A stretch of 64,000 nucleotides of DNA, from contig JAJRWK010000103.1 of assembly GCA_024276795.1 (NCBI GenBank), positions 1,110-65,109 of the forward strand, in the 5' to 3' direction. This stretch comes from an archaeon (lineage in GTDB: Archaea > Asgardarchaeota > Heimdallarchaeia > Heimdallarchaeales > JAJRWK01). Numbering within the stretch: position 1 is the stretch's first letter; each line of letters begins with the position of its first letter. Positions 56,305-64,000 of the stretch are shown piece by piece. A program made the translations under genes and the position numbers. The notes beneath the pieces are model-generated. The model searched no databases, was not told the DNA's origin, and saw nothing but the letters and a program-made list of their open reading frames with translations.

Positions 56305-57570
56305 CTATCCCCGACGATCAACTACAATTTTTCCACCTTTTATTACAGCCCTAATATTTTCTCGATCTTGTAATAAAGTGACATCATTCAGAGGGTTTTT
56401 GTCCAAGAAAAGAAAGTCAGCAAGTTTTCCAGACTCAATAGTACCAACATCTATCGCCCTGGGTCCAGCAGTAGCAGCCGCTAGGCCTGTCGCAGCCCTA
56501 ATCACATCCATGGGCTTTAAGCCGACATTATGCAGTAGCTCTAATTCACGTGCATTCCCAAACCCGTATGGACTGAGAGGAGGACCGAGAAAATCACTGC
56601 CTGCAGCAATGGGAACACCTGCGTCGACAGCCAGCTTTATGGATTCTACGTGATTCTCAAAGCCTTCCTTTGCTTTCTCAATGGCATATCCGGGAAGGCC
56701 AAGCTCTTCTCCTCGTTCAACAATAAGCTTGACAATGATCATCGTGGGTACGAGGATTACGTTTTTTTCCTTCATAAGCTCAATGAGTTCGGGCTTCTGA
56801 TTCAGGTACATTGCATGCTCAACCGTGTTTACTCCAGCTTTGACTGCTTGCTCAATTCCCCCAACACCATGCGCGTGAGCAGAAACATAAACGCCATATC
56901 GTCTAGCCTCTTCGATAATGGCCAAGAGCTCCTCCATTGTGAACTGAACTTGGTGGGGATGGTCAAGTTCAGACATGACCCCACCAGTCGCAAATACTTT
57001 GATAAGATCTGCACCCATACGAAGTGTTTCCCGAGCAGCTTTTCTTGCTTCATCCACTCCATCAACCAACCGGGCAATCCAACCGTCTTGGTGGCGGACA
57101 GATTCAATCGGGAAGGAGTGAACATCACCGTGTCCTGCGGTCTGAGACAAAGCCCTATGTGCAGCGAAAATCCTCGGACCGGGAATTGTGCCTTCGTTAA
57201 TAATTCTCTTCAGACTTAACGATAAAGCAGATCCAACGTCTCGAGCAGAAGTATAACCTGACAGCAACATGTCGTGAACTTCTTTTGTAGCACGCATGGC
57301 ACGCATGGTGTCAGTATCTTGCATCCAAAGCCCGAAGTTTAGGGTTTTGGTTCCCAGAAAATGGGTGTGCGCATCCATCATTCCAGGCATCAAGACAGGC
57401 GTATGAATTACCTTGATCCCTTCAGGAATTTTTACTTCTTCAGAACCCCCAACCTGCTGAATCCGGTCCTTTGAGACCAATACAACGGCGTCTTTGACAA
57501 GATCGCCTTTACCATCGATCAAAATATCCGCAGTAATTGCTCTTTCCATATGGGAAAATACAAGAAGCAA
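56305..57570 (-). CDS. metal-dependent amidohydrolase (imidazolonepropionase-related superfamily)
   Basis: PGMMDAHTHF (the HxH metal site) is present, with later H, H and D ligands (SAHAHG, AGSDF). The likely start is the internal MERAITADI. Confidence 0.85.
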   Translation of the reverse strand: MLLVFSHMERAITADILIDGKGDLVKDAVVLVSKDRIQQVGGSEEVKIPEGIKVIHTPVLMPGMMDAHTHFLGTKTLNFGLWMQDTDTMRAMRATKEVHDMLLSGYTSARDVGSALSLSLKRIINEGTIPGPRIFAAHRALSQTAGHGDVHSFPIESVRHQDGWIARLVDGVDEARKAARETLRMGADLIKVFATGGVMSELDHPHQVQFTMEELLAIIEEARRYGVYVSAHAHGVGGIEQAVKAGVNTVEHAMYLNQKPELIELMKEKNVILVPTMIIVKLIVERGEELGLPGYAIEKAKEGFENHVESIKLAVDAGVPIAAGSDFLGPPLSPYGFGNARELELLHNVGLKPMDVIRAATGLAAATAGPRAIDVGTIESGKLADFLFLDKNPLNDVTLLQDRENIRAVIKGGKIVVDRRG

Positions 57571-57759
57571 AAGGATAAAACCATTACGAGTACTAATGAA
57601 AAAAGTAGATATCTATAGGGGGAGTGCTAAAAAATAAGGAATCGTAGCGTAAAATACTATTTTTCGAAAACACCTTGAATACTTTTATCAGCAAGTACTT
57701 AAGTTTAAACAATCATAGTAAACTAAGGATGTAAAGAATTCTAAATTAGATGTGATAAA

Positions 57760-58470
57760 ATGAATGGCTGGCTGAAAAAACTAGTAATTGTGGGAACCAC
57801 GGGAAGCGGCAAAACAACATTCCTAAAGCAGTTGCCAGGACCATTCAAGGGGTCTGAGGTTGAGAGAAACGTTGGCACCGAGAAAAAGATGGATGAAACC
57901 TTCAACACAATTCATCGAGACCAATTTCAAAACTCCACTACAACCGTCGGCATTAACATGAAATCAGTCTTATTTCTCACAACAAGAGCGAATCACTTTT
58001 CGCTGTATCCCCTAGAGAAAAATAGGCTCCCCATAGATAGAAAAGAAATCGACCAGATATTTCCCGTTGCAATATTCGATACTGCGGGGCAAGAACGATT
58101 CAGATTCATGCAAGAAATCGGGCTAAAAGGAGCAAGCGGTGTAATAATTTTTGCAGACGGAAGCAACATAAGCAGTATCGAAAAAGTCGCTGATTTTCTT
58201 CAAATGGTAGAAGAAGAAGAAAAGCGACAAGGCAAGAAAATCCCAACAATAATCTTTATCAACAAGCGGGATCTCCAGGAAAAAGGTACCTACATTGGAA
58301 AAGAAGCAGTTCTGCGATGGCTATCAGAAACTGAAACAAGAAAAATCTTCGAAACAACAATCTACGATTTTGACACGTTTCTCATCCCCCTAAGGGAATT
58401 CCTGCTCGAAATAGATGGATTCCCAATTCCAGCAGAAAGTATCCGGCCGGTTGCCCCCTGCTCATCATAG
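57760..58470 (+). CDS. Ras-superfamily small GTPase with large G1-G3 insertions
   Basis: The motifs are G1 GTTGSGKTT, a switch-I Thr run (STTTVG), G3 FDTAGQERF and G4 INKRD. Confidence 0.8.
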   Translation: MNGWLKKLVIVGTTGSGKTTFLKQLPGPFKGSEVERNVGTEKKMDETFNTIHRDQFQNSTTTVGINMKSVLFLTTRANHFSLYPLEKNRLPIDRKEIDQIFPVAIFDTAGQERFRFMQEIGLKGASGVIIFADGSNISSIEKVADFLQMVEEEEKRQGKKIPTIIFINKRDLQEKGTYIGKEAVLRWLSETETRKIFETTIYDFDTFLIPLREFLLEIDGFPIPAESIRPVAPCSS

Positions 58471-58503
58471 ACAGAAAGCGAGTTTCAGCCAACCATTATT
58501 CTT

Positions 58504-59145
58504 TCATTCTTCTTCAGCACTATATAGAGGTCGTGTTGAAAATATTGAGTATAGCGATGAAAAAACATCAACGAGAATTCTCTTACTAGATCTAACCTCA
58601 GGGCTCATTGAAGACAAAACATCTTTGTTCTTGATCTGAACCCCCAAAATCAAAGTTTCCAGTTTTTTCCCTAAGCTTGTTTCTAACAATGAGACGAGTT
58701 CAGACAATTGATGAAAGTGAGTAGAAGATCCGCGATGATTCACAACTTGCTCCGGCCGAAGTAGAAGAATTGTACCAGGTTCCAACCCTGAAACGACACC
58801 ATCAACAAATAGAACATGAGAGGGAGAATGATTCACAACTTTTCCCAAAACATTGATTGGTGAAGTATAACTAATTATAGAAAGAATGTGACCAACTTTG
58901 CGATCGCCTCCCAAAGCCAAACCAATTTCAACACCAATCGCGTCATCACCGTGAAGCTCACTCCCCATAAAGACAATAGCCCCCCGTTCTGCAGAAGAGA
59001 AAAACGAGAATAGGTCTTGCAGTAATTCGTCCTTGACACCCACATGAAAAAATACGCTAAAACGATATAAAATAATCAAGAAACCAACAACGAATACAAC
59101 GCAATCCCTCAATGAAAAGAGAAACATCAAAAAATTATGTTGCAC
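58504..59145 (-). CDS. hydrogenase maturation endopeptidase (HycI/HyaD family); start probably downstream of the listed one
   Basis: AIVFMGSELHGDDAIGVEIGLAL matches the G...GDD.G motif. The listed N-terminal 35 aa overlap hypA divergently, and a GTG near 59037 is a candidate start. Confidence 0.7.
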   Translation of the reverse strand: MQHNFLMFLFSLRDCVVFVVGFLIILYRFSVFFHVGVKDELLQDLFSFFSSAERGAIVFMGSELHGDDAIGVEIGLALGGDRKVGHILSIISYTSPINVLGKVVNHSPSHVLFVDGVVSGLEPGTILLLRPEQVVNHRGSSTHFHQLSELVSLLETSLGKKLETLILGVQIKNKDVLSSMSPEVRSSKRILVDVFSSLYSIFSTRPLYSAEEE

Positions 59146-59529
59146 AAATCTTTAAGCAACATGGAAGAACAGACCTTTGTCTACGCGGTATTGGAGAATA
59201 TCAGAGTTGCACTCGCCCACAGCAAGAATCGTGAAGTTATCATTGGCATAGGACAACTCACAGGTCTGTCAGCGGAGCAAATAATCGCTTCTATCCGAAT
59301 GCTCGCACCCGAGATCATTGAACAAAAACCAGTCTTTCGATTCTTCCCTATTCCGGGAAAAATATGGTGTACAGGATGTGGATACAGAGGAGACCCAGGT
59401 GAAGTAGTCTCTGACAAAGACGATTTAGAATTAGTGATCCATTGTCCAAAATGTAATTCCACAAAAACCATCAAGACAGAAGGAGCAGAGCTAGAAGTAA
59501 TCTTCTCAGAAAAATACGAGCTAAAATGA
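59137..59529 (+). CDS. hypA: hydrogenase nickel-insertion protein HypA-like; possible start at the second Met (59161)
   Basis: Two zinc-site CxxC pairs are present (WCTGCGY and HCPKCNS), and the length fits the HypA fold. The N-terminus reads MLHKS.. or MEEQT.. rather than the canonical MHE. Confidence 0.65.
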   Translation: MLHKSLSNMEEQTFVYAVLENIRVALAHSKNREVIIGIGQLTGLSAEQIIASIRMLAPEIIEQKPVFRFFPIPGKIWCTGCGYRGDPGEVVSDKDDLELVIHCPKCNSTKTIKTEGAELEVIFSEKYELK

Positions 59530-59549
59530 AAGAACGAAAGGCAAGAACA

Positions 59550-60764
59550 TCAAGAAGATTTCTTGCGAAATACGATCCCAATAAGCAACAAGACACTGAC
59601 AAAGCCTAAAGCCATGAATTGGGCTTTGAACTGCAGAGAGTTAAATTCAATTACTTCTGTAACGTTTTCGGGAACTCGAACCTCCAAGTAGACATTAGGA
59701 TCATGATAGATGGATTTTCCAGCAGGGAAGAGGAAGAGCCCTCTAACTCCAATACTAGTACCCACTAATTCATGATTTCTCCAAGAAAAGCGGAGCGATC
59801 GTGCAGAACGATCAAAGAGCGATACTGAAACAGGTTTTTCCGCTCCATCAATAGTTGCGGAGGGGACCCAGCCGAAAGAAGAAGCAACACCTAATTTTCC
59901 GCCAAAGGACAAGGGTTTTTTTCGAGGAACGGTCTCATTGCCAGTTGGGACATCATTAACGTCAAGAGTATCATTAAACTGTCCCGCGTACCTAGCGAGA
60001 AATTTTAATGACGGATCTGCTAAGAACAAAGCACGAAGACGGAAAATAATGGCTGAGCGCGAAACAGAAAAAGGAAATTCCATGAACTGATCAATCTTGA
60101 AATCAACAGAACGAACTAAGGACTCCCGTGAAATCAATGAAACAGAGAGGCTATCACGACCTTGACGTAAATCCCCTGAAATCACATAATAGGATTTCTC
60201 TCTTACTGAAGCCTCCAGAAGAGAGAGATTAAACCTAAAACCAACAGTAATCCCTCGTACAGAGGTAGTAGCAGCGAGAGAGTAACTAACGGAGGAATTA
60301 TTCGCAAGAACGATTTTCCAATCTGCGCCGGAAAGAGGAATAAACTTACCGTCTTGTAGATTGTTTCTCATAATCGAATCGCCGGTCGAATACCCGATGC
60401 CCTCAAAGGTTACAACCAGAAGCCGAGAAACTAAGAGGGGAATGCGTCTTAGATCCCCATTAGAATCGATCACTCGCACTTGTCCGATGACTTCTCGTTG
60501 AAGGAGCAACACACTTAGGGGAAAATTAGATCCCGACTTTCCCACGGCCACTCCGAGAACAAAAGCGGAGGACTGAAGACCCCAAATATTTGCGGTTCCA
60601 TTCACGCCAGTCTCATGAAACGGTTGCACCGAGTCTTTGGGCCTCACGACTCGAGCTTCGGAAACAGAAGGAGAAAAGATAAGCAAAGACACCAGCAAAC
60701 CTAAGAAGAGCAAGCGAAAGGCGAAACTATTGCGGTGACTGTAAGGCACAAAACCAAGAACCAT
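59550..60764 (-). CDS. secreted/type-I anchored protein
   Basis: It has a signal peptide (FRLLFLGLLVSLLIFSPSVSEA), a beta-rich body, and a C-terminal TM plus basic tail (FVSVLLLIGIVFRKKSS). Confidence 0.5.
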   Translation of the reverse strand: MVLGFVPYSHRNSFAFRLLFLGLLVSLLIFSPSVSEARVVRPKDSVQPFHETGVNGTANIWGLQSSAFVLGVAVGKSGSNFPLSVLLLQREVIGQVRVIDSNGDLRRIPLLVSRLLVVTFEGIGYSTGDSIMRNNLQDGKFIPLSGADWKIVLANNSSVSYSLAATTSVRGITVGFRFNLSLLEASVREKSYYVISGDLRQGRDSLSVSLISRESLVRSVDFKIDQFMEFPFSVSRSAIIFRLRALFLADPSLKFLARYAGQFNDTLDVNDVPTGNETVPRKKPLSFGGKLGVASSFGWVPSATIDGAEKPVSVSLFDRSARSLRFSWRNHELVGTSIGVRGLFLFPAGKSIYHDPNVYLEVRVPENVTEVIEFNSLQFKAQFMALGFVSVLLLIGIVFRKKSS

Positions 60765-60780
60765 GAGCTGTCACTAGACA

Positions 60781-60802
60781 ATAGGTTCTTAGGTTTTTAG
60801 AA
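60781..60802 (-). promoter_or_regulatory. recurrent promoter-like motif, copy 2 (sense TTCTAAAAACCTAAGAACCTAT)
   Basis: It lies 17-38 nt upstream of the minus-strand start at 60764. Confidence 0.3.
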
Positions 60803-60906
60803 CATTGCCCCAAGAACTCTGTGGAAAAAAGAGGGGGGATTTAGTGTGAAGATTTAAGACGTTTATTAGCGCACCCACATACAAGGAAATAACAGAGGTT
60901 ATTAGG

Positions 60907-62865
60907 GTGCATGCCAATCATTACTCCGGCACAAAAGTAAAAAGAACAGCCCTTCTTTTTCTAACAATAGCGATCTTAGTCGCAACAGGAATACTAACAC
61001 CAACTCATCAAGCAAGTGCAGCCGGCGGAGAAACGTATAGTCAGTCAAAAATAGTCGTTCCCCCCGTAATTTATAATGCAACAAAAGTTGTGTTCACAGT
61101 TACACCAATTTATGACAATGGTTCACTAGTAGGAAACTTCACCATTGGTTTTAAAGTAAATGAGACAGCATCAAAGAATCAGAGTCCAATAGAATATGGG
61201 AAGTTCTCTCTCCTAGGATCAGAGTTGCAACAACTTGCAGAAATTGAGTTTTTTGTCCACAACAACGAAACAGGGCCAGTAAGCGTAGAATACACTGCTC
61301 CTGAAATGACTGAAAACTTAGACGTTGAACTTAGGCTTTATTTATCAATAAATGGGCAATACCTTGCCAATGAGACGTTTGTAATAACATCACAGAGAGC
61401 AACAGATATCAGCCTAAGTAGAATAATTCCTCCTTCAACAGCGGGAAGCGGGACAACCGTACCAATTCAGATTATTGCACAAACAGCTCAAGAAGCCCCA
61501 TTACTAGACCCAGTTCAAGTAAAAATAGAAGCAGACCAAGGAATTCTTAGTTATGGGGGTGTTCAAGGAAGCCTCATTGAAATCTTACTGAGCGGAAATT
61601 ACTCCGAAAGTATCACTTGGACTGCACCAACCGTTTCTACCATAACAGACGTTAATATTAACGCAACATTCACAGTTCACGACTATTACAAACTCATAGA
61701 CAACGCAACAATCACAGTTATGCCTCCGGATTATAGCTCGTCGGTCATGCAAGTTAATGCAACGGCGGTCAAACCGGGCGATTTTGTTAAAGCCACAGTA
61801 ACAGTGCTCAATGGAAACACTCCGACAGCAGGAGTAGCAGTAAGCTTTGCAACAAGTGGTGGAACACTTACTACTCCAAACAACGTCGAATCAAATAGTG
61901 AAGGAAAAGCTGAAGCAGTCTGGCAAGCACCCCTCGTTACCCAAACCTTCAGCTTCTGGATAAATGCCAGTATCGGAGGAGTAGGAGCACAAATAATTAC
62001 ACTTAGCAAAGAAATAATTGTTACCCCCCAGACCTACAACGTAACAATTCTTACCAACGCTTCGATTATAGAACAAAACGAAACTATCGAAATCACAGTC
62101 TTTGTTGAACTAGAAACAGGCCCAGTTGAGGGAGTCCCAGTTAACATCCAAACAGATCAAGGCCAATTCACCAACGGGCTTACAGCGATAAGTGGTGTAA
62201 CAAGTGCACAAGGAGCATTCACCGTTCAGTGGACAGCAAACTTCGAGCCATTCCCAGTTTCAGGAAGTGACGTAATGTTCTACGTTGAAGTGGATGACGG
62301 AATACTCGCACCTGTTCAAAAAACCCTCGAAATACATGTGAATCCGGTTAGCGCAGAATATCAAGTAGAAATTCAAACTTCAAAAGATACAATGTATGTT
62401 AACGAGACTCTTACAATCACCATAAGAGTAATCAAAGACGACCAAGCATTAGAAAACGCCACAATACGCATTGATAGTGGAGTTGGAGCGTTTGAAGAGC
62501 ATGCTCAAGACACACCAGAAATAGCTTATGCAACAACAAATTCAAGCGGATATGCAGTATTTGTCTGGAAACCAACTGGATTAAGCAACCCCCCAGAACC
62601 AAAAACAATCACGTTCTCAGTTCGAATTAGCATTTTAGAGGAACAGCCAGTACTCATCGAAGCAAACACGACCGTCTCAATAATTCCCTACGGATGGGAG
62701 GGGCTAGTCTCTCAACCAAATGCAGACAACACAGGAGATCAAGACCAGAATGTTATCCAGAAAGCAGTTGAAAATGCGGATCCAACAACAATCGCCACGA
62801 TAATCGCGCTCGTCGTGATTTCTGGAGGAGTCGGATACATCGTATACTTCTTTAGGAAGAGATGA
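60907..62865 (+). CDS. large surface protein with about five Ig-like (Big_1/invasin-type) repeats and a C-terminal TM anchor
   Basis: The signal peptide ends ..THQASAAGG. Modules of the type V.A.V...G.P..GV.V.F....G......T.S.G.A...W recur, and the C-terminus is IIALVVISGGVGYIVYFFRKR. GTG start. Confidence 0.65.
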   Translation: MHANHYSGTKVKRTALLFLTIAILVATGILTPTHQASAAGGETYSQSKIVVPPVIYNATKVVFTVTPIYDNGSLVGNFTIGFKVNETASKNQSPIEYGKFSLLGSELQQLAEIEFFVHNNETGPVSVEYTAPEMTENLDVELRLYLSINGQYLANETFVITSQRATDISLSRIIPPSTAGSGTTVPIQIIAQTAQEAPLLDPVQVKIEADQGILSYGGVQGSLIEILLSGNYSESITWTAPTVSTITDVNINATFTVHDYYKLIDNATITVMPPDYSSSVMQVNATAVKPGDFVKATVTVLNGNTPTAGVAVSFATSGGTLTTPNNVESNSEGKAEAVWQAPLVTQTFSFWINASIGGVGAQIITLSKEIIVTPQTYNVTILTNASIIEQNETIEITVFVELETGPVEGVPVNIQTDQGQFTNGLTAISGVTSAQGAFTVQWTANFEPFPVSGSDVMFYVEVDDGILAPVQKTLEIHVNPVSAEYQVEIQTSKDTMYVNETLTITIRVIKDDQALENATIRIDSGVGAFEEHAQDTPEIAYATTNSSGYAVFVWKPTGLSNPPEPKTITFSVRISILEEQPVLIEANTTVSIIPYGWEGLVSQPNADNTGDQDQNVIQKAVENADPTTIATIIALVVISGGVGYIVYFFRKR

Positions 62866-62871
62866 GGATAT

Positions 62872-64000
62872 ATGATTATGCACAAAACCCCCCGCCAAAC
62901 TCGCACCCACTCCAAGAAAGGAGTAAGTCCTGTTGTTGCAACAATTCTCCTTCTCACAATAAGTGTCGCTTTAATGACAGTAGCATTTGTCGCATATCGG
63001 CAATACGAACAAGGAATCCCAACAGGAGGAGGAAACGCACAACTAGAACTCGTAGGAATCACAACCTACGATTTCAACGCTGATGGAAAAGGAGATGCAA
63101 TCTATCTCACATTAAAGAACACGGGGATCGAAACAGCCCAATATAGTATTGACAACGTTCAAGTCTCACTAACAAACGAAACAATGGCCCTCACTGGATG
63201 GAGGATATTCAACGGCACAGATACAACTATTGAACCTGAAAATATAGGATATCTCGTTTTAACAACAAGTAGCTCGACACAACAAATCAGTATTCCAGGA
63301 ACATACACAATCGGACTAACGATTCCACAAATAGGGGAACTGCAACTCCAAGCAAACTTGAACGAGTTACAAGAAGGGGGAAAAGTAAGAGTGGTGGTAT
63401 CCTCGCCAATTGTTGCCTCTCTCCTTTTAGAAGCACAAAGCCTCGTTCAGAATGGACAGGCAGAGCTTGCAAGAGAGCTCACTGCACCACAGCTTTCACA
63501 AGCAAATGAAGAGTTCCCACTTCCTGGAGCGACAGTAAGAATAATCGACGAATACGGATTTGAAGCGGGAGTTAAACAATCATCGGGTACGGGAACCACA
63601 TTTTTCAACCTTCTCCCAGGAAATTACAGTGTCAAAGTTTCCTTCGGGGACGCTTCTATTACTACGGAACCATTTCTGCACCCTGCAAACATAAAAGCAC
63701 CATATGAGGACACAATTGTTCACGCAAGATTTTCTTCTGTCATCAACAAAGTAACAGTGAGGTTCACCGTTGGAAATGCACCTAAAGCAAACGTGCCAAT
63801 TTACGCAATTCAAATAACAACCGTTGGCACAAGAACATATGAAACAATCGTTGCGGGATCACCGATTTTCTCTGATGCAAATGGAACCGTAACCTTTTTC
63901 CTAACATCTGGAGACTACAAATTCCAAGCACTCTATCTAGGTGCGTCAGTAAAAACAACTACATACTCAATTCAGACTCAGAAATTCATCTCAATTAACG
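62872..64000 (+). CDS. archaeal type-IV-pilin-like protein (class III signal peptide) with CarboxypepD_reg-like beta-sandwich domains; 3' end outside the window
   Basis: It is absent from the ORF track because no stop occurs before nt 64000. My own translation gives MIMHKTPRQTRTHSKKGVSPVVATILLLTISVALMTVAFVAY... The KKG/VSPVVATILLL segment is the prepilin-peptidase (PibD/FlaK-type) site pattern. Later, GATVRIIDEYGFE..FFNLLPGNYSVKVSF and ANGTVTFFLTSGDYKFQALY are seen. The gene starts 7 nt after the upstream stop. Confidence 0.7.
   Translation, partial: MIMHKTPRQTRTHSKKGVSPVVATILLLTISVALMTVAFVAYRQYEQGIPTGGGNAQLELVGITTYDFNADGKGDAIYLTLKNTGIETAQYSIDNVQVSLTNETMALTGWRIFNGTDTTIEPENIGYLVLTTSSSTQQISIPGTYTIGLTIPQIGELQLQANLNELQEGGKVRVVVSSPIVASLLLEAQSLVQNGQAELARELTAPQLSQANEEFPLPGATVRIIDEYGFEAGVKQSSGTGTTFFNLLPGNYSVKVSFGDASITTEPFLHPANIKAPYEDTIVHARFSSVINKVTVRFTVGNAPKANVPIYAIQITTVGTRTYETIVAGSPIFSDANGTVTFFLTSGDYKFQALYLGASVKTTTYSIQTQKFISIN

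Noticed and set aside
56037-56354. A 105-aa plus-strand ORF across the His-rich peptide locus.
   Set aside because: It is antisense to the compact His/Cys-rich ORF and overlaps the amidohydrolase 3' end. Its His content is only the mirror of ATG and GTG codons.
58450-58470. The C-terminal ..APCSS of the small GTPase as a prenylation (CaaX or CXC) signal.
   Set aside because: The Cys is followed by only two residues, so the sequence matches neither CaaX nor the Rab CC/CXC patterns.
62780-62865. The C-terminal anchors of the surface proteins as PGF-CTERM/archaeosortase signals.
   Set aside because: No PGF or similar tripeptide precedes any of the four terminal TM helices.
1-64000. A search for CRISPR arrays, rRNA genes, transposases, integrases and intein insertions.
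   Set aside because: I saw no regularly spaced direct repeats, no rRNA-like sequence and no recognisable transposase or integrase motif in any listed ORF. The only mobile-element-like trace is the decayed LAGLIDADG-type gene.

Overview
This window reads as an archaeal chromosomal segment. Three of the four tRNAs carry introns at the canonical 37/38 position. It also holds Spt5-SecE, Rpp21, NAC, the tail of an Orc1/Cdc6 gene, a class-III-signal pilin-like gene, and A/T-box promoters about 26 nt upstream of apparently leaderless starts. Lineage cannot be assigned from this window alone. A Ras-like small GTPase and eukaryote-style FTCD and P5C-dehydrogenase genes are reminiscent of Asgard-type or other uncultivated archaea. 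Most content is housekeeping:
- translation and tRNA maturation: uL11, CysRS, ThrRS, TruA, EndA, Trm5-like, PUA protein, Trm112-like
- UDP-GlcNAc synthesis: glmS plus a glmU-like gene
- central carbon metabolism: tpiA, rpiA
- amino-acid and peptide catabolism: arginase, FTCD, P5CDH, LhgO-like, aminotransferase, amidohydrolase, S9 peptidase
- transport: two ABC exporters, MFS, PiT/PhoU-like
- hydrogenase maturation: HypA, endopeptidase
- a cell-surface locus at the 3' end: Ig-repeat protein plus a pilin-like gene that runs off the window and is absent from the ORF track
No CRISPR array, rRNA or transposase was seen. The main items for follow-up are:
1. thrS is interrupted by one in-frame TAA inside the editing-domain HxxxH motif.
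2. Two paralogous SHOCT-like coiled-coil proteins share a C-terminal STSIAxLR...LKEL motif. One of them also has a membrane anchor and a duplicated poly-Pro/PSAP tract.
3. A decayed AbrB-LAGLIDADG gene (three in-frame stops, no frameshift) sits between glmS and the glmU-like gene.
4. An unannotated 50-aa His/Cys-rich peptide lies near a Ras-like GTPase, HypA and the hydrogenase protease.
5. The EndA homologue seems to lack the catalytic His although intron-bearing tRNAs are present.
6. There is a strand-specific synonymous-site skew with one locally inverted block.
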